Part shown: piece after piece, positions 53,014-61,878 of the stretch
Layout of the letters: each line of letters begins with the position of its first letter
Position numbering within the stretch: position 1 is the stretch's first letter
Virus record (IMG/VR): IMGVR_UViG_3300034062_006192
DNA from: an uncultured virus (IMG/VR IMGVR_UViG_3300034062_006192)
Lineage: Duplodnaviria; Heunggongvirae; Uroviricota; Caudoviricetes
Length of the DNA stretch: 64,000 bases
Direction: 5' to 3' (one strand)
The notes under the pieces: model-generated
Seen by the model: only the letters and a program-made list of their open reading frames with translations
What the model was told of the DNA's origin: nothing
Databases searched by the model: none
Position numbers and translations under genes: made by a program

Positions 53014-53070
53014 GTCGATGTCCTTGAAATGTCGGGGGTCGGGTAGGGATGAACAGAGGCGGCTGCTGGA

Positions 53071-53508
53071 TCAACCGGAAGGGGCCAGCGAGGCGATCAG
53101 GACCGGATCGGGCAGCTCGATGATGAGCCGCTCATAGCTGTCATCAGTCTGGTGCTGGTGACGTTGCTGGGCCGTCGGCCAGGCGCGGTACGCCAGCAGC
53201 CGCACCGCCTCCAGATCGCTGCTGGTGTTGAACTGAGTAAAGGTGAGGGTCCAGGTCCGCATGGTTGTCAGCACCGGGGTGGCGCGGCCGAGGAGCTCGC
53301 GCTCCGGGGCGTTGGTGAGCACCGCCTCGATGCCGGTAGCGGTGTAGCTGGGGCGCACCTGGCCCTTGCCCACCGTCCAGAAGGCCTGGATTGGTGGGCC
53401 TTCGGGTCGCTTGTACTCGCCGAGAAGCGGGCCGAACAGGGCGCGCAGGTCGTCGGCCACCTGGCGGACGGTGGCGCCCAACTCCACCTGGCAACGTGCC
53501 TGGCTCAC
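53071..53508 (-). CDS. putative tail terminator/completion protein
   Basis: Position and size. Confidence 0.6.
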   Translation of the reverse strand: MSQARCQVELGATVRQVADDLRALFGPLLGEYKRPEGPPIQAFWTVGKGQVRPSYTATGIEAVLTNAPERELLGRATPVLTTMRTWTLTFTQFNTSSDLEAVRLLAYRAWPTAQQRHQHQTDDSYERLIIELPDPVLIASLAPSG

Positions 53509-53963
53509 GATGCACCTCCTGCCGGCGGCACGGCCGGGGCCGGGGCCCCACCGCCACGGTTGCCGCCGAGGCCTCTCCGCTTGGCGGACAGGGTGAAGTG
53601 CAACTTGAAGGTGCTCTGCAGCCGCTGGCGGTCCTTCATCAGCTCACGGGTCCATGGGCGGGCCGGCATGGTGCGGGGGTTGCCCTCAGCATCGGTGGCC
53701 TTGAACACCGCGCCGTCATGCACCGCCGGGGCATGCTTGGCGCCCTCGTAGCGGTACTTGGTGATCATCACCCCGGAACGGGTGTCGATCACCATTCTCT
53801 GGCTGTTGCGCAGGTCGCCGGTGTCGACGATGTCCCTGGGGCTCTCCCCACGTGGCCAGTTCCACTTCGATTCAGTGATGTGCCGGGTCAGCTCGGAGTC
53901 CACGTGGGCGCTGAAACGCCCCCAGGCCTCGCTCACCACCTCGCGCAGCAGCTGCTCATTCAT
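53505..53963 (-). CDS. neck protein (HK97 gp10-like)
   Basis: IVDTGDLRNS...MPARPW. Confidence 0.75.
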   Translation of the reverse strand: MNEQLLREVVSEAWGRFSAHVDSELTRHITESKWNWPRGESPRDIVDTGDLRNSQRMVIDTRSGVMITKYRYEGAKHAPAVHDGAVFKATDAEGNPRTMPARPWTRELMKDRQRLQSTFKLHFTLSAKRRGLGGNRGGGAPAPAVPPAGGAS

Positions 53964-54360
53964 CGCCGCGGCCTCCGGTGACCCTGAAGGTGCCGTTGAT
54001 CTGCTGGCGCAGCAGCGGCATGGCACCCACGGGAGCCCCCAGGTCTTCCTGCAGCTCGAAGCGGCCCCGGCGGCCATTGATTACCGCGACCGCCTTGCTG
54101 CCGCTCACGATGCGTGGATCGAGGGTGGCGGGGGAGAGCAGCCGGCCGGTGCAGGGGAAGGTGCTCTCATCCACCCCCACCTGCTTCTCCCAGCGGGAGC
54201 GGTTGATCCGCAGTGCCGCCAGGTAGTTGACCACCTCCGTGGCCGCCACCTGGTTGCCGGTGTCGGCATCCACCGTCAGCACCGCACCAGCCACCTCGAA
54301 CGCCAGGGTGGCGTTGGCGAGGTTGCCGTAGGCAGAGGCTGGCTGGGGGGTGGTGGTCAT
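53956..54360 (-). CDS. putative head closure protein
   Basis: Position after the adaptor; beta-rich. Confidence 0.6.
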   Translation of the reverse strand: MTTTPQPASAYGNLANATLAFEVAGAVLTVDADTGNQVAATEVVNYLAALRINRSRWEKQVGVDESTFPCTGRLLSPATLDPRIVSGSKAVAVINGRRGRFELQEDLGAPVGAMPLLRQQINGTFRVTGGRGDE

Positions 54361-54665
54361 CAGATCGCGAAGCCGCAAAGGGGGAGGCAGGACTGCAGCT
54401 CGGCAAACTGCTGCCCGTAGTAGGTGGCCTCCAGGCCACTGCCGGCGGAGGAAGCGGCCTGGCCCACCTGGGCCCCCACCTCACGCACCCGGCAGGCGAT
54501 CAGGTGGGCAGCGAACAGGCCCACACCATCGCGGTGGAGGGTGTCCCACACGGTTTCATCACAGCGGCGGCCGGCGGTGGCCAGCGCCTGCTCCAGCTGG
54601 GCATGGGTGTGCACAGCCAGTTCGGGGAACCGATCGAGGAACTCAGCCAGGGTGGGGACTGCCAT
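54360..54665 (-). CDS. head-tail adaptor (DUF4054)
   Basis: EFLDRFPEL...LFAAHLI...ATYYGQQF. Confidence 0.8.
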   Translation of the reverse strand: MAVPTLAEFLDRFPELAVHTHAQLEQALATAGRRCDETVWDTLHRDGVGLFAAHLIACRVREVGAQVGQAASSAGSGLEATYYGQQFAELQSCLPLCGFAI

Positions 54666-54670
54666 CGTGC

Positions 54671-55234
54671 TCAGGGCTTGCCGTCGTTGATCTCTTTGAT
54701 CCGCTCCGCCAGCCGCTGGCGCAGCTGCTGGCGGTCTTCCTTGCGTAGCCATTGCTGCAGCTGCTCGGTGTTCCGGCAGCCGTAGACCAGGCGGATCGCC
54801 ACCGGCACCGGAACGGCGCCGAGGGTCAGCTCACCGTCGGCGTTGGTGGCGCCATCGGTGAGCTCGATCTCCTGAAGCAGGCCGCGGCCCATCAGCACCT
54901 GGGTGTCGGGCCGTTCCTTGGCTTTCTCCCACAGGCTGCGATCGATCGGGCCATTGAGGCCCGGGTTGATGCGCAGCGTGGTGGGGGCGGTTAGAGGCCC
55001 AAACGCAAAGGAGATGGCGCCGCCGCGGCAGGACTGGAGGGTGGCCTCGCCCACCTCGGGGGTGAAGACCACCGCCAGGGAACCGGTGATGACCTGTTCA
55101 GGTTCGGATGCGGTCTCGGGCACCGCCAGGGAGCCGGTGATGGTCTCCTGGGGTGCGGGTTTGGTGGGTGCGGCTTCGGTATCGGGCTCGGTGGCGGGCT
55201 TGGTGGCGAGCTTGGTGGGATGGGTCGTCGTCAT
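54671..55234 (-). CDS. hypothetical head-module protein
   Basis: Lies between capsid and adaptor; internal ITGSLAV duplication. Confidence 0.7.
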   Translation of the reverse strand: MTTTHPTKLATKPATEPDTEAAPTKPAPQETITGSLAVPETASEPEQVITGSLAVVFTPEVGEATLQSCRGGAISFAFGPLTAPTTLRINPGLNGPIDRSLWEKAKERPDTQVLMGRGLLQEIELTDGATNADGELTLGAVPVPVAIRLVYGCRNTEQLQQWLRKEDRQQLRQRLAERIKEINDGKP

Positions 55235-55286
55235 AGGGAGCGGATGGGGGAATGGTGCGCAGGGGGATGAAGCCAATCAGCCGGTA

Positions 55287-56219
55287 TCAGCCGCCGTCCT
55301 CGATGTAGAGGAACGCGAGGGGAAATTCGGGGATGAAACCGCCGCTCTTGCTCATCGAGGGAACGACGAACTTGAGGTTCTTCGGCTGGGGGGGGAGGAA
55401 GGTGAGGGGCAGCGGGATGTGAAACTTCCCTTTGGTTGGATCCTTCCGGTAGAAGAGCATCCGGCGAGCGGTGAGGTTGCCGCCGGAGTTGGCCGGGTCG
55501 AGCTCGTTGATCGGCTCCACGCTGGTAATTTCGGGGTTCTGCTTCATAAACAGCTCCAGCACTGATGTGTTGTCGGTGGAGCTGCGGCAGGTGGTGGAGA
55601 CGATTCGGTGATCCGATTCACCCATCAGAACCGCGTTGGGCGATTCCACCTGCTTGGAGTTGACCCGCATCTGAGTCTTCCCGAAGTTGAGCAGATCGAG
55701 CATCTGCTGGGGCGTGGTGTTGGGGTCATTGAACCAGGCATCAGAGGAGTTACCGGTCACCACCACACGGTCGATGGCGGGGTGGTTGAGCATGCCGCGC
55801 AGGCCGGTGCCGGCCCGGCCGAACAGGCAGGTGAGGTTGTTGCGGCGCTCGTAGGCGTCGCGCACCGCATCGGCTCGCTCGCTGGTGAGGGCCACGCCGG
55901 CCATTTTTGCCGATAGCAGCTCGGACTGGGTGTAGTGGAATGATCCACCAAATTCTCTCGTCTCGTTGACGATCTCCCCGACCTTCACGCCGGACACCGG
56001 CAGGTCGTCGGCAGCGTCGGAAATCAAATCAAAGTTGCCGGTGCGATCCCAGATGGTGCGCTTGATCGACGTGGCGCCGGGGTCCACCTCGAAGGAAACG
56101 GGGCAGATCTTGGGGTAGACGATCTCGGCGTAAGGCTTGCGCAGAACACCAGGGATGATGTGCTGCAGCTGATCGGCGAGGAACGCTCCCTCGCTGTAGT
56201 TGTCCAGGCGGTGGCTCAT
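55287..56219 (-). CDS. major capsid protein (DUF2184 / HK97 fold)
   Basis: FLADQLQHI, ADDLP, YTQSEL, GLRGMLNHP, PLPLTFLPPQ. Confidence 0.9.
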   Translation of the reverse strand: MSHRLDNYSEGAFLADQLQHIIPGVLRKPYAEIVYPKICPVSFEVDPGATSIKRTIWDRTGNFDLISDAADDLPVSGVKVGEIVNETREFGGSFHYTQSELLSAKMAGVALTSERADAVRDAYERRNNLTCLFGRAGTGLRGMLNHPAIDRVVVTGNSSDAWFNDPNTTPQQMLDLLNFGKTQMRVNSKQVESPNAVLMGESDHRIVSTTCRSSTDNTSVLELFMKQNPEITSVEPINELDPANSGGNLTARRMLFYRKDPTKGKFHIPLPLTFLPPQPKNLKFVVPSMSKSGGFIPEFPLAFLYIEDGG

Positions 56220-56273
56220 TGGTCGTCTCCGGGAGGAGGGCAGGGGTGATGGTGATCGGGTCAGGGGGAGTGA

Positions 56274-56837
56274 TCAGTCAGCGGTGACAACCAGAGCCGC
56301 CGGGGTGTTGAAGCGCACGATGGCCAGGCCACCAGCCGCCGCCGGGCGCTCGATCTCCCAGCCACCGGCGGAGAAGTTGAGGCTGTTGCCGGTGCTGGCG
56401 GTTTTGCCCCAGCGGCCCGCGTTGACGCCGCTCTTGAAGTAGCGCAGGGCGTTGCCGGGGGCGAGGGTTTCCCAGCAGTCGAGGTAGATGGCCCCGACCT
56501 TCAGGACGTTCACCGCATCGTTGGGCTCGATGCCCTCCTGATACGGCGTCGCTGCCTGGCGGTGGGAAACCTCATGGACGTCGGTCAGGACGCTGAAGCC
56601 AAAGATCGTGGAGGCGGCCACCGCCGGGGTGACAGAGTTGGGCAGGACGCCAGAACCGTTCCGGATGAGCGGGATGCCGAAGAGGATCCGGGCGGCCGTT
56701 TCGTTGTTGCCGCTGATGATGGTGCTGTTGCTGATGTCAGCGAGCTCACCGATGCGGCCGATGCCCATCTGCATGGGGTAGTCGCGGCCAACACCGGCGA
56801 AGACGGTGCCGGGGTTATTGGTGAAGGTCTGGGCCAT
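56274..56837 (-). CDS. head decoration/cement protein
   Basis: Lies between DUF2213 and capsid; ILFGIPL, AVNVLKVGAIY. Confidence 0.75.
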   Translation of the reverse strand: MAQTFTNNPGTVFAGVGRDYPMQMGIGRIGELADISNSTIISGNNETAARILFGIPLIRNGSGVLPNSVTPAVAASTIFGFSVLTDVHEVSHRQAATPYQEGIEPNDAVNVLKVGAIYLDCWETLAPGNALRYFKSGVNAGRWGKTASTGNSLNFSAGGWEIERPAAAGGLAIVRFNTPAALVVTAD

Positions 56838-56878
56838 GGTTCTGATGCAAGGGGATGGATGTGAGGGTGTGAACGGGA

Positions 56879-58201
56879 TCAGGCGGCCGTGGCCTGCCAG
56901 GCATTCGCCACCGCCTGCCGGTGCTCCGCCGCAGCTGCAGCGATGCCGTCGCCGCTGCTATCGCTGCGGGGGGTGGTGAGGCCCTGCAGCTGGCGGGCCA
57001 GCAGGTTGGCGGCATTGGGGGCGTAGGGGATCTTTTCGGCGCTCTCAAACGCGGCATCGAAGCGAGCGGCGATGTACTCATCGCTGCGGCTCTCGATGCC
57101 ATCGATCCGCACCTCAGCGGCCCCCAGGGCCAGCACCATCACCTCGCGGTTGGAGAGGCCGTCATGGCGCTCACGGTTGCCGGTGAGCTCACCGGCCTTC
57201 TCCAGCACGTCGACACGCTCGGCCACCAGCTTCTGGATCAGCTCAGGATCGGGCTCAGGGGCAGAGTCGTTGCGCTCGGCCACCAGCTGCTCCAGCTCAG
57301 CGAGCTGCTCAGAGAGGCTGTCGAAACGCAGCTCAGCGGCGGCAAGGTCGTCAACAGTGGCCTTGTAGACAGCCCAGGGGACGGTCCGGCCGGGGGTGGC
57401 GGAGTCGCCACGGGTTTTCTTGCCCTTGGCATTGGTCATGCCGTAGCCGTCTTCCTTCTCCTGGTCGTCGTCGCCGGCCATGCCGTCGTCGCCTTCCATG
57501 GCTTCGGGGTCCATCTCTTCCTTGGCCTTGGCCTTGGCCTTGGCGTCGGTTTCGCCGGCGGGGGTCTTCATGTCGGTGCGATCAGTGGCGGGCTGGCTGG
57601 AAGTAGCCATGGAGGTGTCCTCAAAGGAAGGAATGAGATCGGCAGAAACCGCGACGATCGGCTGGTCGTCGCCGGCGGCGGAGTCGAAGTGCAGGCGCAC
57701 CTCCGACCCGGCCCGGGCCTTGCGGGTGATGGCGTGGTGGTTGCCGGAGATGGCGCGCTGCACGCCGTCGTAACGGGTGCCGTCCGGGGCGACACCGGGG
57801 GTGGCGTCGTACTCGCAGCGGTAGCCGACCGACAGCTCGGTGGCGTCGCCACGCTTGACGGCCTCGATCGCCTCACGGTCGGTGAGCACGACAGTGCCGT
57901 GGACAAACCCGTTGTCGTAGACCACGTGGGTGCCGGAAGCGCCCCGCTGGTACTGCCGGGCCGTGTCCGGGGTGAGCAGCTGGGGCGGGTGCTCCAGGGT
58001 CACCGGCAGGCCGCCCAGGGACAGGAAGCTGTCCTGGCGGGCCACCTCCGACTCGGGGCGGTACTCGACACGCTGCGAGCCATCCGGGTTGCTGTAGGTC
58101 TGGCAACCGGTGCGGGCAAAGGTGGCGCGAATGCGCAGGAATCCCTCGGGGGTCTCCACCCAGTTGCCCGTAATGCTGGAGCGATCGAAACGAAACTGCA
58201 C
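56879..58201 (-). CDS. DUF2213 protein (putative prohead protease-scaffold)
   Basis: TPEGFL..FARTG..YRP..PVTLEHP..ELSVGY..YDGVQR..NHHAI..ARAG; coiled-coil C-terminus. Confidence 0.9.
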   Translation of the reverse strand: MQFRFDRSSITGNWVETPEGFLRIRATFARTGCQTYSNPDGSQRVEYRPESEVARQDSFLSLGGLPVTLEHPPQLLTPDTARQYQRGASGTHVVYDNGFVHGTVVLTDREAIEAVKRGDATELSVGYRCEYDATPGVAPDGTRYDGVQRAISGNHHAITRKARAGSEVRLHFDSAAGDDQPIVAVSADLIPSFEDTSMATSSQPATDRTDMKTPAGETDAKAKAKAKEEMDPEAMEGDDGMAGDDDQEKEDGYGMTNAKGKKTRGDSATPGRTVPWAVYKATVDDLAAAELRFDSLSEQLAELEQLVAERNDSAPEPDPELIQKLVAERVDVLEKAGELTGNRERHDGLSNREVMVLALGAAEVRIDGIESRSDEYIAARFDAAFESAEKIPYAPNAANLLARQLQGLTTPRSDSSGDGIAAAAAEHRQAVANAWQATAA

Positions 58202-58276
58202 CGGCAGATAGCAGGAGCTACCAGAAAGATGAAGCCGCCAGCTTTATGCTTATGGGGTTGATGCCATAAACGCACC

Positions 58277-58504
58277 ATGGCAACACTCCTGCCTGACGCG
58301 ATGGTTCGCCGGCTGTTGGGTGCACGTTTGGGCGTGATCTTGCAACAGCGGGGCGTCAGCCAGCAGCAGCTGGCGGAGCAGTTGGAGGTGCACCGCAGCG
58401 CCGTCAGCCGCTGGTGCTCAGGCGAGCGTGATCCGAACCCTGGCCAGCTGCGATCGATCTGCCTGCTGCTGGCAATTGATCCGGCCCTGCTGCTGGGGCT
58501 CTAA
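58277..58504 (+). CDS. XRE-family HTH regulator
   Basis: VSQQQLAEQLEVHRSAVSRWCSGERDP. Confidence 0.85.
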   Translation: MATLLPDAMVRRLLGARLGVILQQRGVSQQQLAEQLEVHRSAVSRWCSGERDPNPGQLRSICLLLAIDPALLLGL

Positions 58505-58654
58505 TCAGCTGGCCTTTGGCCGCTTGCCCCGTGCCGCGGCCACCGGTGGGGCCTCCTGCAGGCGCAGCATCACGGTGGTCTCCACAGCCACGTTGGCCCA
58601 GTCGATGGCCTCGCCATCGCTGCGGGGGGCCTGGGGGGTGGCGGGGGTGGGCAT
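58505..58654 (-). CDS. small hypothetical protein (49 aa)
   Basis: MPTPATPQAPRSDGEAIDWANVAVE...; preceded by the CTAGCCT motif; not in the supplied track. Confidence 0.45.
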   Translation of the reverse strand: MPTPATPQAPRSDGEAIDWANVAVETTVMLRLQEAPPVAAARGKRPKAS

Positions 58655-58749
58655 AGTCGTGGATCGGGGCATCAGGAACAGGCTAGAGATTCCGCCACTT
58701 GTTACGGGTGATCAACTGACACACATGGGCCGCGTTTCCGCGTCCGCCA

Positions 58750-58790
58750 GACGTTACGATTCGGGAGCGCGGGGGAGACCCGCACCGCCA
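58750..58790 (+). promoter_or_regulatory. putative cassette promoter
   Basis: CGTTACGATTCGGGAGCGCGGGGGAG with -10-like TACGAT; parallels the element at about 9500. Confidence 0.5.
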
Positions 58791-58867
58791 GCCGGCCATA
58801 GGCGTAAAACCGGGCCGATCCGCTCCCAGCAGTCCGGGAGTGTCAACCCTTGCTCCCCACTTCAGCC

Positions 58868-59173
58868 ATGCCTGTAACGCACACAAAATATCTTGCCTTC
58901 ATGGAAGGCTACAAAGAAGTGGTTGCACCTTTCGAGCAAGAGTTTATTCGCTTGCGCGAGACGGAAGACAACCCAGGCATGGACTACATGCAGTTTATTG
59001 AGCGAATGGCCATGGTTGAGCGGCACCGTGACATTGCAATCGCCGAGTACGCTGGAATCCCGTCCACTAGACAAGCTCTAGATGAGTTGCACGCCGCCAC
59101 TTGCGGTAGCCGCAGGTCCGCTTATGCCTACATAGTTCTTGACGAACTGCCAGATGATTACTGTGCCGACTGA
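58868..59173 (+). CDS. hypothetical protein (low GC)
   Basis: MPVTHTKYLAFMEGY... Confidence 0.7.
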   Translation: MPVTHTKYLAFMEGYKEVVAPFEQEFIRLRETEDNPGMDYMQFIERMAMVERHRDIAIAEYAGIPSTRQALDELHAATCGSRRSAYAYIVLDELPDDYCAD

Positions 59174-59231
59174 TCCTCGCTACGACCCGACCATCGCTGC
59201 ATGGCTCTTGCTGGTGGATCTCGATGCCTGA
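59163..59231 (+). CDS. 22-aa mini-ORF or remnant homologous to the 3' end of 9074..9256
   Basis: RYDPTIAAWLLLVDLDA vs AYDPTMPDWPAMVEIVDA; shared CTACGACCCGACCAT. Confidence 0.4.
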   Translation: MPTDPRYDPTIAAWLLLVDLDA

Positions 59232-59430
59232 TCCTTCTGGGGAGCGGGTGAAGAGGCATCGTGCGCGCCTTTCTGGCGACGCACCGCCTTGCCCAGTGTG
59301 CCCACAATGCGGCCGCAAAGTCTGGGGGCAGGTCTTTTTGCCTCTTTGCTCTAGATGCGGAAGGAAAACGCCTGCAGGCAAAGACGCAGATGCCGCTCGC
59401 AAAAGAAGTTCCCGCAACCCGTCGAAATGA
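59224..59430 (+). CDS. small basic Cys4 zinc-finger protein (paralog of 8264..8473)
   Basis: MPDPSGERVKRHRARLSG..CPQCG..LCSRC..TPAG. Confidence 0.75.
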   Translation: MPDPSGERVKRHRARLSGDAPPCPVCPQCGRKVWGQVFLPLCSRCGRKTPAGKDADAARKRSSRNPSK

Positions 59431-59439
59431 CTGAATGCG

Positions 59440-61878
59440 TCAATAGTTGTATCTAATTCCCCGCGCCTCAAGCGTCTTCGCGCCAAAGTCAGGAGTTATT
59501 TTCTGCCGCGTGCTGTAAATCGGCCTTGAAAGGAACGCACTCTTCCACGCCATATCTTTTTCTTCTTGGGTCGCCTTGTGTTTGGCCCCATGCTTTATTG
59601 CCAGCCCTGACACAAAAGTTAAAAAGGTTTGCCTGCGATGGCTCACTTTTTTGGCCGCGACCTTTTGCGTTTCGGTAAGGCTAGAGAGTTCACGTTCTCG
59701 CTTGGACCGACGTGTCAGCCTGCCCTGAATCGACTCTTTTGTTAATGCAACGCGTCTGTAAGACGGGGCCAATGCCATATTTGCACTCCTCCCCTTCGTT
59801 TCGCTGCGGAGCTTAACAGCCTCTTGACCAGGCTCAGCAGGCTTGGCTGCAGCCGCTTTCGCCGCGGCCTGCTGGCGAGCACCGCGCAGCTGGCCGGCCT
59901 TGGCCCCTCGCTGCTGCTCAATCCCGGCGGCCAGGCCGGCGGCCTCCTGGGCCCGCACTGGGGCGATGCCCCGCTGGCCGCTGGTGCCGCCGGCCGCCAG
60001 GGCCAGCAGCTTGCGCATTCGCTCCTTCCCCATGGCCGACTGGGGCTGGCTGCGGCATTCCTTCCGCAGGGAGATGCATGCCGACCCGCACCCATAGCCG
60101 GTGCTGCATTTCCGTTTAAGGGCATCGATCCGCTCCTGCAGGCTGTCGGCCCAGGGCCGCTTGCGCAGTCCCACCGCCTCCAGCTCTGCCTGCACCGCCT
60201 TGAAGACATCCTGCTCCAGCTCCTTCCGCACCGTGGCCTCGGCCTCGCCAGCCTCGACCCGATCGGCGGCACGGTTTAGGGCGGAGCTGATCGGGCCAGA
60301 GGAGCTCTTCAGCCGCTCGAACACCCCCAGGGCCTCGCTGGCCTCGCCGGCCACCTTGGCGCTCTGCTCCTGGTTGATCACGTTCCCGCCCTTCTCGGTC
60401 AGGCTGCTGGCGGCCTTGGCCTTGCTGACGGTGGAGAAGAGGCGCTTCTCCCGGGCGATCTTGGCCTTCAGACCGGCGGACAGCTTGGCCCGGGTAAGCA
60501 GGTTGTCCTTGGCCTCCTCGGTCTCGCCGAACAGGCTCATCGTGGTCTGAGTGCGTTGCACGCTGGCAGCGGCATGCTCCACCAGCTCCTGCAGGGTCTG
60601 ATCGGTGATGGCCTTACGGGAGCCGATCATCTTGAACACCTCCCGCTGCTTGGTGTCATCGAGGCCACTGCCGCCGATGATCGCCCCGCGGTTTACGGTC
60701 AGGTCACCCCGCACCACGGCGTTGAAGACGTCGCCAGGCAACTTGCTGAGGCTCAGCCCCTTGGAGGCCTGGCCGCTGCCCAGGGGCAGGCCCCGGGCCT
60801 CCACGTCCTGCTGGCTCTTGATGCCGGTGTCGCGGAAGAACTTGGCCGCATCCATTGGGCTGCCAGCCCCCTCGGCGATGTTCTGCAGGGCCCCGATCGC
60901 CCGGGCCTCGGTGGCGGTGGCGGCGTTCAGGAACCGCACGGTGACGGCCTCCGCCCCCAGGCGGTTGGCCAGGGCCAGCCTGTTATGGCCATTGATCACG
61001 TAGACCTTGCCGTCGCCTGGGTCCTTCCAGACAGCCATCACGCCGGAGAGGTTGGCGTCCCACTTGCGCACCCCCGACAGGCTGCCCACCTCGCCGGTGG
61101 TGGCGGTGGCGTTGAGCTTGTACTGGAACCGGGAGGGATCGAAGCCGATCTCCCCTGGCTTCATCTCCCGGACGGTCCCGGGCTCGGTGGAGCTGTTGGC
61201 CCCGGATGGGAGCTTGCCGGTGCGCAGGAACTCGGCAATCTCCGGCCGCTCGAGCAGCTTCTGCACCCGTTGGGTGGTGCGGTCCTTCTGCAGGGCCGCT
61301 GCGGCCGCCCCGCGGGAGGCCTGCACCTGGCTGGCAGTGGCCCTGGCCGACTGGTCGCCGGCGGCAGCCAGCTGCTGGAGGCGCCGCAGGCGGCCCTTGC
61401 CGAGCGCTGAACGGGGGGCGATCCGGCACTCCTTCTGGAGGGAGATGCAGGCGTTGCCGCAGCCGTAGCCCGTCGCGCATTTCCGCTTCTGGCCACTGCC
61501 GGCCCGGGTGCGGCGGAAGTCCATCCGGGAGCCGGGGGCCCGCAGTTGCAGGAACGAATCCGATCGCAGCTCCCAGCCACGCTGCAGCACCCCCTCCCAA
61601 GCGGGGCGATAGCCGACGCCTTCGGCATCGATACGGAACCGGTAGACCAGGCCATCGGCGGCCATCCGCCCGGCATGGGCAGCACCCTCCTGCCGCCAGT
61701 CGAGCACCAGGGCGCCGGGGAGCACTTCGGCCAGTACCTCCTGCAGCACCGGGGAGACCCGATCGCCAGCGTCATGCCGCAGGGCCATGGGCTGCCGGGG
61801 CAGGGCCTGCCGGTTTGTCGAGACAAGCTGGGCCTCGATGGCCGAGAGGCGATCCAGCAGGGACTGGTGGCGACTCAT
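59440..61878 (-). CDS. polyvalent-type protein with a ParB-like domain and two Cys4 modules
   Basis: DPSRFQYK...YVINGHNRLALA..NIAEG ParB-like core; C(S/A)TGYGCG.ACISL.KECR twice. Confidence 0.8.
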   Translation of the reverse strand: MSRHQSLLDRLSAIEAQLVSTNRQALPRQPMALRHDAGDRVSPVLQEVLAEVLPGALVLDWRQEGAAHAGRMAADGLVYRFRIDAEGVGYRPAWEGVLQRGWELRSDSFLQLRAPGSRMDFRRTRAGSGQKRKCATGYGCGNACISLQKECRIAPRSALGKGRLRRLQQLAAAGDQSARATASQVQASRGAAAAALQKDRTTQRVQKLLERPEIAEFLRTGKLPSGANSSTEPGTVREMKPGEIGFDPSRFQYKLNATATTGEVGSLSGVRKWDANLSGVMAVWKDPGDGKVYVINGHNRLALANRLGAEAVTVRFLNAATATEARAIGALQNIAEGAGSPMDAAKFFRDTGIKSQQDVEARGLPLGSGQASKGLSLSKLPGDVFNAVVRGDLTVNRGAIIGGSGLDDTKQREVFKMIGSRKAITDQTLQELVEHAAASVQRTQTTMSLFGETEEAKDNLLTRAKLSAGLKAKIAREKRLFSTVSKAKAASSLTEKGGNVINQEQSAKVAGEASEALGVFERLKSSSGPISSALNRAADRVEAGEAEATVRKELEQDVFKAVQAELEAVGLRKRPWADSLQERIDALKRKCSTGYGCGSACISLRKECRSQPQSAMGKERMRKLLALAAGGTSGQRGIAPVRAQEAAGLAAGIEQQRGAKAGQLRGARQQAAAKAAAAKPAEPGQEAVKLRSETKGRSANMALAPSYRRVALTKESIQGRLTRRSKRERELSSLTETQKVAAKKVSHRRQTFLTFVSGLAIKHGAKHKATQEEKDMAWKSAFLSRPIYSTRQKITPDFGAKTLEARGIRYNY

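Noticed and set aside
55071..55147. ITGSLAV duplication in the ORF after the capsid gene
   Set aside because: Short intragenic duplication in a low-complexity N-terminus with no sign of special function
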